A DNA stretch of 64,000 nucleotides from an uncultured Gammaproteobacteria bacterium (GTDB lineage Bacteria > Patescibacteriota > Microgenomatia > UBA8517 > JACQJR01). Below the pieces are notes generated by a model. The model did no database searches, was not told the origin of the DNA, and saw nothing but the letters and a program-made list of their open reading frames with translations. The stretch is from contig CAYTZB010000001.1 in NCBI GenBank assembly GCA_964442455.1, forward strand, positions 85,910 through 149,909, in the 5' to 3' direction. Below, one piece after another: positions 41,908-51,846 of the stretch. The translations under genes and the position numbers were made by a program. Positions within the stretch are counted from its first letter, which is position 1. Each line of letters starts with the position of its first letter.

Positions 41908-44877
41908 ATGGCAAAGCGAACAGAAGGACCTTTCTTTAAGCCGGTATCCTCTCACCCTGACTTTCCAAAGATGGAGAAGGAGCTGCTTTCCCATTGGTAT
42001 AGAGCGGGAATTGTCAAGAAATATCTCACAAAAAATAATAAAAGCAGAAAACTGTTTCGTTTCTTAGACGGGCCAATTACCGCCAACAATCCCATGGGAG
42101 TTCATCATGCGTGGGGACGAACGTACAAAGACCTATGGCAACGCTATAAAAATATGCAAGGGTATAGGCAGCGGTTTCAAAACGGATTTGACGCGCAAGG
42201 ATTGTGGGTTGAGGTGAATGTGGAGCGGGAGTTGAAACTTAAAAGTAAACACGATATTGAGAATTTGGTCCCAGGGGACAAATTCCGCTCTATTGCCCGC
42301 TTTGTTGAGGCGTGTAAAGAAAGAGTGAACCACTTTGTCAAAGTCCAAACCTTGCAATCAAAACGCCTGGGATATTTTATGGATTGGGATAACTCATACA
42401 TTACATACTCCCCCGAGAACAACTATATGATTTGGAACTTCTTGAAAAGGTGTCATGAGCGGGGTTTAGTTTATGAGGGGTTGGATGCGGTGCCGTGGTG
42501 TCCGAGATGTGCGACTGCCATATCAAACCACGAGATTTTGACCGAAGGGTATCGGGAACTTACCCATACCGCAGTCACGCTCAAATATCCTATTGCAGGC
42601 AGAGTTAGGGAGTATTTGCTGGTGTGGACTACCACACCATGGACCCTTCCCGCAAACGTGGCAATTGCGGTAAATCCGAAGATTATTTATAGCAGAGTGA
42701 AAGTTGGGCGAGACCTGCCTGCGCAGGCAGGTATCTACTATATTGCACGTGATAGGATAGTGCCGGTTCTTGGAAGAGATGTAGAAGTGCTCGAGGAATT
42801 AACTGGCGACCGACTGCTCAATATTTCTTATAAAGGTCCTTTTGATAACTTACCTGCAGTAGATAGTGCTCGGCGCGAAAACCCACGCACATTTCATAAA
42901 ACAATTGATGGGGGAGAGCTGGTAACAAGTGAGGAGGGGACAGGACTCGTACACATTGCGCCAGGTGCCGGTCATGAGGATTTTGTGCTCGGCCGCAAAT
43001 TCGAACTTCCCACAATTATGGTTATCGATGAGCAGGCGCATTTTATAGACGGATTTGCCTTTCTCACCGGTCGCCGAGCAGCGGACGCCCGTCCGATAAT
43101 TAACTATTTAAAGAAAGAAAAACCCGAAGGTTCAAAAATGGGGTGGTTGGTGAAGCAGGAGGAGTATTCACATCGCTACCCTGTATGCTGGAGATGCGAG
43201 ACGGAACTTGTATTTCGGGCAGTACCTGAATGGTATATTGCAATGGATCCAATTCGCGAAAAAATGGCAGAAATGGCGAAGAAGATTACTTGGATTCCTG
43301 AATTTGCTAAAGAAAGGGAGCTTGACTGGATTCGCAATATGGGTGATTGGCTGATTTCAAAGAAGCGATATTGGGGTCTTGCGTTGCCTATTTGGAGATG
43401 CAGCGCGTGTGGGTGGTTTACGGTAATAGCAGGGAAAGAGGAATTAAAAGAGAGAGCAGTTGAAGGTTGGGAAAAGTTTTCAGGACATTCCCCTCACCGA
43501 CCCTGGATTGATGAGGTAAAAGTCACTTGTGAGCGGTGTAGTGAGCGGGCTTCCCGCATTCCTGATGTCGGCAATCCATGGCTTGACGCTGGTATTGTGC
43601 CATTTTCAACCCTAATAGATCCGAGGTCTAAGAAAGTTTCATACATGACGGACAAGAAATATTGGCAAGAGTGGTTTCCGGCGGACTTTATTACTGAAAG
43701 TTTTCCGGGCCAGTTTAAAGGTTGGTTTTATAGTCTTTTGGCAATGAGCGCGGTACTGGAAAACGTTCAACCTTTTAAAACGGTGCTTGGGTTTGCGACC
43801 TTGTTTGGTGAGGATGGACGACCAATGCACAAAAGTTGGGGAAATGCCGTCGAATTCGGGGAGGGGGCAGACAAAATTGGAGTTGATGTGATGCGCTGGA
43901 TGTACGCAAAAGCCTCCCCGGCCCAAAACCTATTGTTCGGCTACACACTGGCTGATGAGACTCGCAGGAATTTCCACCTCCCACTGTGGAATGTATACAA
44001 CTTTTTTGTAACATATGCTAACTTCGACAAATGGTCTCCGAGGGGGGCACGAGTACCAAAGGTACCACGAGTATCAAGCATTTTAGATAAATGGATTCTG
44101 GCACGGCTCAAAGAGATGGCGTACAATGTTGGGCAGTCTCTTGATAAATATGATGCTCAAACAGCATCAAGTGAAATAGAAAGATTTGTTGATGATTTAT
44201 CGACGTGGTATATCAGGCGTTCTCGTTCACGAGTAGGGCCAAGCAATACCGATACAACGGATAAAGAAGAGTTTTATCCTACGACTTATTTTGTATTGGT
44301 GACGCTTTCCCAACTTCTTGCACCCTTTTTGCCGTATTTGTCCGAGTTTATCTTTACTTACCTGACCCATGAAGAATCGGTACATTTGACACAATGGCCC
44401 GACACTCCCGCACCTGATACGCGGGAGATTGAACTTATTGCTACAATGCACGAGCTGCGAGAAGCGGCCCAAGTAGGACACGCTATGAGAAAAACTGCGG
44501 GCATCAAAGTGCGCCAACCATTAAATCGTGCCACAGTCGGCGCACCGAGTAAATCTCCCACACGTCCCTTTCTAACTCTTCTGGGAGAAGAGTTGAATGT
44601 TAAAGAAGTTGTTTGGAAAAAGAAACGGGTACAAAAAGCGGTTGTAACTCTCAATACACGTATTACTCCAGTTCTGGTTGAGGAGGGAGAGGCACGAGAA
44701 TTGGTGCGCAGAATTCAAGAGGAGCGGCGACGGCTTGGTTTGGGTCTAACTGAGCGCGTGCGCGTCACTGTACCTCACATACCGACGGACAAAAAGCTTT
44801 TTAATTGGATAAAAGCGAAAACGCTGGCGCAAGATTTAAGTCAGGGAGACGAATTTATTGTTACAAAAATGGAATGA
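41908..44877 (+). CDS. ileS: class Ia aminoacyl-tRNA synthetase with editing domain, most likely isoleucine--tRNA ligase
   Basis: HIGH-region DGPITANNPMGVHHAWG with KD...GY spacing as in IleRS. WCPRCATAISNHE, DWLISKKRYWG and a KMSKS variant PMHKSWGN. Cys zinc-binding clusters. 989 aa. LeuRS or ValRS cannot be excluded by eye. Confidence 0.65.
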   Translation: MAKRTEGPFFKPVSSHPDFPKMEKELLSHWYRAGIVKKYLTKNNKSRKLFRFLDGPITANNPMGVHHAWGRTYKDLWQRYKNMQGYRQRFQNGFDAQGLWVEVNVERELKLKSKHDIENLVPGDKFRSIARFVEACKERVNHFVKVQTLQSKRLGYFMDWDNSYITYSPENNYMIWNFLKRCHERGLVYEGLDAVPWCPRCATAISNHEILTEGYRELTHTAVTLKYPIAGRVREYLLVWTTTPWTLPANVAIAVNPKIIYSRVKVGRDLPAQAGIYYIARDRIVPVLGRDVEVLEELTGDRLLNISYKGPFDNLPAVDSARRENPRTFHKTIDGGELVTSEEGTGLVHIAPGAGHEDFVLGRKFELPTIMVIDEQAHFIDGFAFLTGRRAADARPIINYLKKEKPEGSKMGWLVKQEEYSHRYPVCWRCETELVFRAVPEWYIAMDPIREKMAEMAKKITWIPEFAKERELDWIRNMGDWLISKKRYWGLALPIWRCSACGWFTVIAGKEELKERAVEGWEKFSGHSPHRPWIDEVKVTCERCSERASRIPDVGNPWLDAGIVPFSTLIDPRSKKVSYMTDKKYWQEWFPADFITESFPGQFKGWFYSLLAMSAVLENVQPFKTVLGFATLFGEDGRPMHKSWGNAVEFGEGADKIGVDVMRWMYAKASPAQNLLFGYTLADETRRNFHLPLWNVYNFFVTYANFDKWSPRGARVPKVPRVSSILDKWILARLKEMAYNVGQSLDKYDAQTASSEIERFVDDLSTWYIRRSRSRVGPSNTDTTDKEEFYPTTYFVLVTLSQLLAPFLPYLSEFIFTYLTHEESVHLTQWPDTPAPDTREIELIATMHELREAAQVGHAMRKTAGIKVRQPLNRATVGAPSKSPTRPFLTLLGEELNVKEVVWKKKRVQKAVVTLNTRITPVLVEEGEARELVRRIQEERRRLGLGLTERVRVTVPHIPTDKKLFNWIKAKTLAQDLSQGDEFIVTKME

Positions 44878-45901
44878 CATGCGTATTGATGGTGCATTAT
44901 TGGGTGCGGTAATACTCCTTCTTGTAGTGGGCAATACTATTCTTCTCTCTGTTGAGCCGCGGCTTTTTCCGCTCCAATTTTTGTATATCGGTGCGGCCGT
45001 AGTTGTATTTTTCCTTGTTGCTAGAGTGGACGCTGCCGTATTGCGTGCCTTTGCACCCCTTGGGTATTGGCTAGTGATAATTTTTTTGGCAGTTACGTTA
45101 GTTATTGGAGTAATAAGTCATGGAGCAGTGAGATGGTTACCAATAGGACCTGTTACGGTGCAACCGTCTGAATTTGCAAAACCCGCTATTGCTTTAATGA
45201 CTGCGTGGCTCCTATCAGGAAATATTAAAAATAGCTTTTTAGCTTCTTTGTTGGTCAGCTTTTTAGCTTCTTTGTTGGTATTTATTCAACCAGATTTCGG
45301 AACCGCTGTGATTCTGGGTGTATCATGGTTGGGAGCTGTCTTAGCAAGCGGAGTATCGTTTAAAACTGTTTTTAGGTTTTTAATTTTTTTCATTCTTTTA
45401 ATTCCTTTAGGTTGGTTTATTCTAGCACCGTACCAGCGAGAAAGAATAACTTCATTTTTAAACCCGACGAGCGACCCCGCAGGTGCTGCGTACCAAGGAC
45501 GACAAGCAATGATTGCTGCCGGTTCGGGAGGACTCCTTGGCCGAGGGTTGGGACAGGGAAGTCAAACACAGCTTGCATTTTTACCAGCGCGCTCAACTGA
45601 CTTTGCATTCGCAAGCGTGGGAGAGGAGCTTGGATTCGTGGGGATGGCGCTCGTTTTGGTAGGATTTTTTGTGGTTTTTTTGAGGATTGTAGGGGTGTTA
45701 AGGGAAGCGCGCGAGCCGTTTGTGAAAGCTGCACTTGGTGGAATTTTTCTTTTTCTTTTCGCCCAAACAACGGTGAATATTGCCATGAATCTTGGTATGC
45801 TTCCCATCGCCGGTGTGCCGCTACCCCTTATTTCTGCCGGCGGCTCGGCGCTTGTCTCAACGATGTTAAGCTTAGGGATTGTCGTGGCTCTTCGGAAGTA
45901 G
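44858..45901 (+). CDS. rodA: SEDS-family protein RodA/FtsW paralogue
   Basis: Polytopic FtsW/RodA family. C-terminal LPIAGVPLPLISAGGSALVSTMLSLGIVV. Contains a 24-nt perfect tandem duplication. Confidence 0.8.
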   Translation: MLQKWNDMRIDGALLGAVILLLVVGNTILLSVEPRLFPLQFLYIGAAVVVFFLVARVDAAVLRAFAPLGYWLVIIFLAVTLVIGVISHGAVRWLPIGPVTVQPSEFAKPAIALMTAWLLSGNIKNSFLASLLVSFLASLLVFIQPDFGTAVILGVSWLGAVLASGVSFKTVFRFLIFFILLIPLGWFILAPYQRERITSFLNPTSDPAGAAYQGRQAMIAAGSGGLLGRGLGQGSQTQLAFLPARSTDFAFASVGEELGFVGMALVLVGFFVVFLRIVGVLREAREPFVKAALGGIFLFLFAQTTVNIAMNLGMLPIAGVPLPLISAGGSALVSTMLSLGIVVALRK

Positions 45902-45908
45902 TATAATT
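45879..45908 (+). promoter_or_regulatory. putative promoter TTGTCG, 18-nt spacer, TATAAT immediately upstream of rplU (leaderless configuration)
   Basis: TATAAT at 45903-45908, 6 nt before ATG 45915. There is no Shine-Dalgarno. Confidence 0.35.
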
Positions 45909-45914
45909 GCCCCT

Positions 45915-46235
45915 ATGGAACTATTTGCAATTGTACAAATTGGCAGCAAACAGTATAAGGTTGCTGAAGGGAGTGAGCTGCTTGTAGATAAGCTCAACGC
46001 GGAGAGTGGTGAGGTTACTTTAGATAAGGTTTTACTCTTTGCTCGCGGGGGGGAAGTGAAAATTGGTACCCCCACCGTTTCGGGTGTTCAGGTTGTTGCA
46101 AAAGTATTAGGACAAGAAAAGGGTGAAAAAGTGACCGTGCTCAAGTTTAAAGCCAAATCGCGATATCGAAGAAAACTTGGTTTCCGCGCTGCGTTAACAA
46201 GAATTAAAATTGAAAAGGTACTTCAAAAGAGGTAA
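45915..46235 (+). CDS. rplU: 50S ribosomal protein L21
   Basis: MELFAIVQIGSKQYKVAEGSELLVDKL is the bL21 signature. Confidence 0.9.
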   Translation: MELFAIVQIGSKQYKVAEGSELLVDKLNAESGEVTLDKVLLFARGGEVKIGTPTVSGVQVVAKVLGQEKGEKVTVLKFKAKSRYRRKLGFRAALTRIKIEKVLQKR

Positions 46236-46255
46236 AACTATATCAAACCACCCTC

Positions 46256-46284
46256 TTGACATTTGTGAAAATTTACCGTAAATT
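46256..46284 (+). promoter_or_regulatory. putative rpmA promoter CCCTCTTGACA, 17-nt spacer (TGAAAATTTACC), TAAATT
   Basis: Perfect -35. Shares the CCCyTTGACA and spacer TGAAAA architecture with the dcw and ftsZ promoters. Confidence 0.4.
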
Positions 46285-46308
46285 AAATTTTAGGGAAATA
46301 GGTTAATT

Positions 46309-46557
46309 ATGGCTCATACAAAAGCAGGCGGCGCAAAAGCTGCACAAGGAAGTGAACGGCGAGGAAAGCGCTTGGGCGTGAAGATTTTTGGTGGCCAAAA
46401 GGTTCAACCGGGAGATATTTTAGTAAGGCAGCGAGGCACGAAGTTTCACCCGGGAATAAATGTAGGGATGGGACGGGATTTTACATTGTTTGCTAAGAGA
46501 GAAGGCAAAGTTACTTATAAGGTAAGGCACGGAAAGCAAATATTAACAGTAATTTAG
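46309..46557 (+). CDS. rpmA: 50S ribosomal protein L27
   Basis: [30 protein letters not shown] is the bL27 signature. There is no Firmicutes-type N-terminal propeptide. Confidence 0.95.
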   Translation: MAHTKAGGAKAAQGSERRGKRLGVKIFGGQKVQPGDILVRQRGTKFHPGINVGMGRDFTLFAKREGKVTYKVRHGKQILTVI

Positions 46558-46581
46558 GTTGTTAGGTGGCTAAGCCCAATT

Positions 46582-47448
46582 ATGGCTGAAGAAATAGCTC
46601 AATTACCAGTAGATGAGTTGCAACCCAATCCGCTTCAACCCCGTGGTGTTATCAGCCCCGAAAGTTTGGTTGATTTAATTGACTCAATTCGAGAGCATGG
46701 AGTGCTTGAGCCGCTTGTGGTAGCCAAGACCCCTGCGGGCCACCAGATTATTGCGGGTGAGCGGCGTTGGAGGGCCGCGAAGTTATCGGGTCTTACCCAT
46801 GTACCGTGTATTATTCGCGAGACGACACCTCAAGGGATGCTTGAGATGGCATTGGTAGAGAATGTCCAGAGAATTGATTTAAATCCGATTGACCGAGCGA
46901 AAGGATTTAAACGCTTGATGGATGAATTTAGCCTCCACAACACTCAAATTGCTCAAAGAATAGGCAAAAGTAGCGCTTATGTGTCCAATACCCTTAGACT
47001 TCTTGAACTACCGGATGCACTAAAAGATGGATTGCTCCAAGGGCTCGTTACAGAAGGACACGCCAGAGCGCTCGCTGCCATTGAAGATTCCTCCCTTATG
47101 ATTGAGGCATACAAGATTGTGTTACGAGAGGCGGCGTCGGTGCGGCGTGCAGAAGACCTTGCTCGACGTATGAAAACTCGGCTTGGTCAAGCACCCAGCA
47201 CCCCCGCTACCCCCATTGTGAGCGATGAAATTGATGAAATGGAAAAAGAACTTGAGTCCTCGCTTGGAGGAAAGGTTAAGGCCCAGGTGAAACTCCGTCG
47301 CTCACGAGTACAAACACGGCTGCTTTTTATCTTGAAAGGAGATTTAAATGAGACGGACGAGTCGCTCCAGCAAATTTATAAGGGAATTGCGCAAAACAAA
47401 GAAACCAAACGAGAGAAACAAGAATCCTCTGCCGCTGCTACTGCTTAG
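46582..47448 (+). CDS. parB: chromosome partitioning protein ParB/Spo0J
   Basis: ParB box GERRWRAAKLSG and an HTH (IAQRIGKSSAYVSNTLRLLELP). Confidence 0.9.
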   Translation: MAEEIAQLPVDELQPNPLQPRGVISPESLVDLIDSIREHGVLEPLVVAKTPAGHQIIAGERRWRAAKLSGLTHVPCIIRETTPQGMLEMALVENVQRIDLNPIDRAKGFKRLMDEFSLHNTQIAQRIGKSSAYVSNTLRLLELPDALKDGLLQGLVTEGHARALAAIEDSSLMIEAYKIVLREAASVRRAEDLARRMKTRLGQAPSTPATPIVSDEIDEMEKELESSLGGKVKAQVKLRRSRVQTRLLFILKGDLNETDESLQQIYKGIAQNKETKREKQESSAAATA

Positions 47449-48029
47449 AAATTCGCAAAGCTTACTCGCGGGATAATTCCAATTTTGTTTGGTGGCCAAT
47501 AGACAATCCATGCTCTCCCAATGATATCCTCTTTTTTAATAGGTCCCCAAAATCGTGAATCGGAAGAATGACCGCGGTTATCTCCAAACATAAAATATTC
47601 GTCTTGACCTAATGTGAATATCTTTTCTTCGGATAGGAATGGCCCTCCAAACGTCAGTATGGTTGCAGGAAGATAATTTTCTTGGAGCTCTTTATCGTTG
47701 AGCCACACTTTCCCCGCTTTTATTGCAATAGTATCACCAGGCAATCCTACTATCCGTTTTATAAAGTCCTCATTTCTAGTTGGCGGTGCGGCAAATACTA
47801 CTACGTCCCCTCTTTTTGGTTCGCCTATCCGATACGAGAGTTTATCGGTAAGCAAATATTCTCCATCATAAAAGTTCGGATCCATAGAATGACCACGTAC
47901 CTGGTGTGGTTGAAGGAGGAACAGGTATACAATCGCAAAAATTCCAAGTGCGAGCGCAACCGTTTGGAGAACTTCGAATAGAAAACTTCGGAGTTGTGAC
48001 ATATATCTATTATCATTATAGTAAAGCAA
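47445..48029 (-). CDS. lepB: signal peptidase I
   Basis: Catalytic motifs GHSMDPNF (Ser), KRIVGLPGD (Lys) and GDNRGHSSDSRFWG. Confidence 0.9.
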   Translation of the reverse strand: MLYYNDNRYMSQLRSFLFEVLQTVALALGIFAIVYLFLLQPHQVRGHSMDPNFYDGEYLLTDKLSYRIGEPKRGDVVVFAAPPTRNEDFIKRIVGLPGDTIAIKAGKVWLNDKELQENYLPATILTFGGPFLSEEKIFTLGQDEYFMFGDNRGHSSDSRFWGPIKKEDIIGRAWIVYWPPNKIGIIPRVSFANF

Positions 48030-48039
48030 AAAGATATTT

Positions 48040-48048
48040 GCTATAATA
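48040..48048 (+). promoter_or_regulatory. extended -10 TGcTATAAT upstream of tRNA-Val
   Basis: Lies 13 nt before the tRNA 5' end. Confidence 0.35.
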
Positions 48049-48061
48049 AGTTTGTCAAGAT

Positions 48062-48135
48062 GGACCCGTAGCTCAGCTGGTTAGAGCGTTCGATTCACAT
48101 TCGAGAGGTCGATGGTTCGAGTCCATCCGGGTCCA
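48062..48135 (+). tRNA. tRNA-Val (anticodon CAC)
   Basis: Cloverleaf: acceptor GGACCCG/CGGGTCC, D-arm GCTC..GAGC, anticodon loop TTCACAT, T-arm GATGG TTCGAGT CCATC. CCA is not encoded. Confidence 0.85.
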
Positions 48136-48139
48136 CTAA

Positions 48140-48781
48140 ATGTTCATCATTAAAGTAATCCTTGTTTCGCTTTATATCATCCTTCTTTTTATTCCCGGTT
48201 ACACCATCGCACGGAGTTCTGACGTACTTCAGGATACATTTTCGTTAAATAATCCAACAATTGTTTACTTTTTTCTGCGCTTGGCAGCATTATACGGTAT
48301 TACCTTGCTTTTCATTCAATTAATACTGGGGGCGTTTATGCAACCATTGACGAGAGTTTTCCCAGGACTTTTGCGATGGCACATTGTTGAGGGAACAATA
48401 ACTTATGGGATAATTTTAGCTCACCCAATGCTCTATACGATTTATACTTACGAAACAATTGGAATTTTCAATCCGCTACTTACACTTTGGCCCAATTTTT
48501 CGGTGCAAAACGAATTCTACATAAGTTTTGGCAGAGTTGCCCTATATCTGCTAACTATAGGTATTATTGCGGGACTTTTTCGACGGAGTACTTTCCTTTC
48601 CCGCCATTGGCGAAAATTTCATATCTTAAACTACTTTGCATTTGCGGCAGTCCTTTGGCATTCGTGGAACATTGGCTCCGACACCCACTCAACTCCATTT
48701 ATATTTCTATATCCGCTCTTTGTTGTTGGTCTCATTGTTTCTCTCTCTTATCGCCGCATCTATCGTGTCTTAAAGAGATAA
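48140..48781 (+). CDS. polytopic membrane protein, possibly a ferric-reductase-like bis-His transmembrane domain
   Basis: Six predicted TM helices with paired histidines (HIVEG..H, HWRKFHILN..H). Confidence 0.4.
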   Translation: MFIIKVILVSLYIILLFIPGYTIARSSDVLQDTFSLNNPTIVYFFLRLAALYGITLLFIQLILGAFMQPLTRVFPGLLRWHIVEGTITYGIILAHPMLYTIYTYETIGIFNPLLTLWPNFSVQNEFYISFGRVALYLLTIGIIAGLFRRSTFLSRHWRKFHILNYFAFAAVLWHSWNIGSDTHSTPFIFLYPLFVVGLIVSLSYRRIYRVLKR

Positions 48782-48823
48782 GATTAGGACGTATCAATTA
48801 ATTGAAATAGGTGAATATGCTTT

Positions 48824-49996
48824 TTAAGCAAGACCATCTAATAAGAAATTAACCTCTTCAAGGAGAAGATTGTAGCCATTGAGATTTATGTGATTTTCTT
48901 TTTGCGCTTCAAGTTGATTAAGAAATGCGTTGAGAATATTGCGTGCAGATTTAGTTTTTCCACTGTCTGCTTGTTGTTGCGCCGCAATGAGTTTGTCGCG
49001 TAGACCCACATAGACATCCTCATCATCAATCCATCCAAGCAACCACAGAATCTGAAGGTCTTGAAGAGAAGATTCCAACGTCGGTTCATTTTCTTCAAGA
49101 GATGGAGTGTTTGAGTCCTGGTCGTAATTAATGTGCAGTGTCTCCGGCATTCCTTCTAATGCGAGACCATTAAGAGTAGAAGGAAGATTATCTATAAGGT
49201 TTCCTTGTTTGTCATAAAGATATGCATCAAGTTGAAACGGTCCATCTCCACCTTCTATTTCAACTGTATACTCGCTCTGCGGTGGTTCTTGGAAAATAAG
49301 GACACGTAATGTCTCGCCACTTGTTGTTGTTCCATCAATGTCGTCCTCCAATGGTTCCTGAAGATAAGAAATTGCGTCAATAGGACTACCAGAGGAGTCA
49401 AAAAGAGAAATATTTGTATCCCCATCAACAACTAGCATGATTGCGGAAAGATCGGTTGAGGTAATTGTATATCTACCAAACGAAGTGAATGTGTTTCCAT
49501 ACGACTCGAGGGTTGGGCGGTCAGTATACCCTGGGTCATTGATTGCAAACGTACTATCCTGCTCTCCTTTTGCGACAACAAAATGGCTGGGTTCGCCAAG
49601 GATAATCGGATGTCCGGCATCAAGTTCGCTCGCGAGAGTGGTCATATCTGCATTTTGGATTTTTCTATACTGGAGAATTGGGTAGGCACCGTTTGCGGCA
49701 TTTTGTGCTCGTGTGTATCGTGAGATAGCAAGCCAATTTGTAACACCATTACGGATATAACCGTCGGGTTGACTCTTAAGCCATGCATTTAGTCCGCCGG
49801 GATCTGTAGGATGTCCATAAAATTGTAATATCATCGCTGCAGATGTTACCGCACATCCCCACCGCGCCATTGAAGGATCAGTTGGGTACCAACGATTTGC
49901 ATCATTGTATACATCATCTCCCCAGGGTAGTGAAAATTGCTTAAGGTCTGGGACAGGGAGAAAGGTGGGTGGCGGAACGCTTTCAACTTCTGCCAC
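48824..49996 (-). CDS. hypothetical protein with a papain-like (C39-like) cysteine peptidase domain
   Basis: ARWGCAVTSAAMILQFYGH resembles the catalytic Cys region of peptidase_C39-like domains. Confidence 0.45.
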   Translation of the reverse strand: MAEVESVPPPTFLPVPDLKQFSLPWGDDVYNDANRWYPTDPSMARWGCAVTSAAMILQFYGHPTDPGGLNAWLKSQPDGYIRNGVTNWLAISRYTRAQNAANGAYPILQYRKIQNADMTTLASELDAGHPIILGEPSHFVVAKGEQDSTFAINDPGYTDRPTLESYGNTFTSFGRYTITSTDLSAIMLVVDGDTNISLFDSSGSPIDAISYLQEPLEDDIDGTTTSGETLRVLIFQEPPQSEYTVEIEGGDGPFQLDAYLYDKQGNLIDNLPSTLNGLALEGMPETLHINYDQDSNTPSLEENEPTLESSLQDLQILWLLGWIDDEDVYVGLRDKLIAAQQQADSGKTKSARNILNAFLNQLEAQKENHINLNGYNLLLEEVNFLLDGLA

Positions 49997-50006
49997 AAAT
50001 ACACTA

Positions 50007-51056
50007 CTAAAATATAAAATATCCGCCTGGAAGACCGTTATGGCCGCCGGTCAAATAAACTTTATTGCCCCATGCAACCAGAGGAGAACAACAATTTACT
50101 CTTGGTAAATTATTTGGGCTTGTTGACCATTCACTAATACTTCCGTCTGGATTAATATGTGCAGAGAAAACAAGGTTTAAATAACTACTACCGTAGATTC
50201 CACCGGCGGAAATCAAAGTATTTCCTGCTCGTGTTATGCTTGCTCGGAGTACGGGATATGGTAAGGGAGGTAACTCTGTCCAACTTCCAAGGGTTCCATC
50301 AGGATTAATTTCTGCACTTCGAACATTTGCGAAAGATCCCGAACTTAGACCTCGACCACCAATTATGACAATATGGTTATTAATTTCAACCATTCCAAAA
50401 CCTATCATTGAGTCAGGTAGCAATCCTGCTTCAGTCCAGTCTCCAATAGTCCCATCGAGATTGATGTCTGCTTTATATACCTTTTGTTTTGCGCCAGACA
50501 CTTCTTGTCCTGAAGTGCTTCCTCCAGCAAAGTAGAGTCTGTTACCTATCACCACTGCTGCTCCTAATGCCAAACTTTGTGGGAGAGGATGAGTTAATGT
50601 CTGCCAGGATCCGATATTTCCACTTTCCTCAATTATTCCCATAAATACATTGCTAGTATTTACGAGTGGAGGGTAGGTTACTCCACCCAAAATGTAAACA
50701 AAGTTATCTTTTAAAGCAGTTGCATGCCAAAATACAGGAGGAGATGGTACAGAGGATGATATCCACTCCGATAATAAACCATCAGGTTGCACTGTGGAGA
50801 ATATAGAGAGTGGAACAACAGTTGTATTTGCACCTCCTATCACATAAATTTTTCCGTTGTGAGCAAAGGAAGTATGGCTTGCAATTGAGGATGGTAAACT
50901 TGTAGTACTAGACCAACTACCTACTATATCGGAAGCAAGCAGTTTGAGTGGTATTAAAAAGAGCCCTACAAAGAGGGCTGAAGCAATTAAGCCAAAAGAA
51001 CTTAAAATTCTATTCACTACTTTTAAATATAATTTAAAGTGACTTTTAGTTGTCAA
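50007..51056 (-). CDS. secreted beta-propeller (Kelch-like repeat) protein
   Basis: N-terminal TM/signal. Repeats of the form INPDG(T/S)(L/I)(G/S)xW. Confidence 0.5.
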   Translation of the reverse strand: MTTKSHFKLYLKVVNRILSSFGLIASALFVGLFLIPLKLLASDIVGSWSSTTSLPSSIASHTSFAHNGKIYVIGGANTTVVPLSIFSTVQPDGLLSEWISSSVPSPPVFWHATALKDNFVYILGGVTYPPLVNTSNVFMGIIEESGNIGSWQTLTHPLPQSLALGAAVVIGNRLYFAGGSTSGQEVSGAKQKVYKADINLDGTIGDWTEAGLLPDSMIGFGMVEINNHIVIIGGRGLSSGSFANVRSAEINPDGTLGSWTELPPLPYPVLRASITRAGNTLISAGGIYGSSYLNLVFSAHINPDGSISEWSTSPNNLPRVNCCSPLVAWGNKVYLTGGHNGLPGGYFIF

Positions 51057-51069
51057 GTACCAATTTTAA

Positions 51070-51846
51070 ATGAGAAAGCAAAATGATCCATTCAAAGTTG
51101 AGAAAATAAGAGCAGAATTAGCCGCGCAACTTCGATTTTCTGAGTTATTTAAGACTTATTCTGAATCTTATCCTGAAATAAAGGATTTCAATACATCGAA
51201 ACTCTGGGATAAGCTTAATTTTCAAAAGTTAATCTCAAGAGAAAACAATCCTATGATGAGGGATAGAGTGGATACTGTGGCCAGTTTAATTAAAGGAAAT
51301 AACATAAAAGTACTAAATATTGGATTTGGATCTGCAATTTTAGAACAAATCATTTTTGAGAACTTGGGTAATTTTAAATGGTATGGCATTGACATCTCAC
51401 CACGATCTGTTAGAGACGCTTGCAAGAAGTATTCACAAGGAATATTTAAGATTGGTATTATTACCAACATTAAACACAAACCGAGTTATTTTGACTATGT
51501 TGTCATATTAGAAGTGCTAGAACATATTAGACCAAGCCAGACCTTCAAGGCCTTAAAAGAGATATATCGCGTTCTTAAGAGAGGTGGAAAAGCTATAGTT
51601 TCTGTTCCTTTAAATGAGAAACTTAAAGAAATGGTGGCAAAAGGAGAGAATCCGAATGCTCACGTTCGGACATATACCCATAATCTTATAAAAGCTGAGT
51701 TAAGAATTGCGGGATTTAAAATCTTAAAAGAAAAAACCCTTTTTGCTTTTAATAAAAATTACAAAATTAAAACAATTATTGCTAAATATATATTCCATGG
51801 AATAAGAGAACCAAATAACATTATTGTGCTTGCTCAAAAACCATGA
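51070..51846 (+). CDS. class I SAM-dependent methyltransferase
   Basis: Motif I VLNIGFGSA. Post-I acidic residue. VVILEVLEHI and LKRGGKAIVSVP. Confidence 0.8.
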   Translation: MRKQNDPFKVEKIRAELAAQLRFSELFKTYSESYPEIKDFNTSKLWDKLNFQKLISRENNPMMRDRVDTVASLIKGNNIKVLNIGFGSAILEQIIFENLGNFKWYGIDISPRSVRDACKKYSQGIFKIGIITNIKHKPSYFDYVVILEVLEHIRPSQTFKALKEIYRVLKRGGKAIVSVPLNEKLKEMVAKGENPNAHVRTYTHNLIKAELRIAGFKILKEKTLFAFNKNYKIKTIIAKYIFHGIREPNNIIVLAQKP

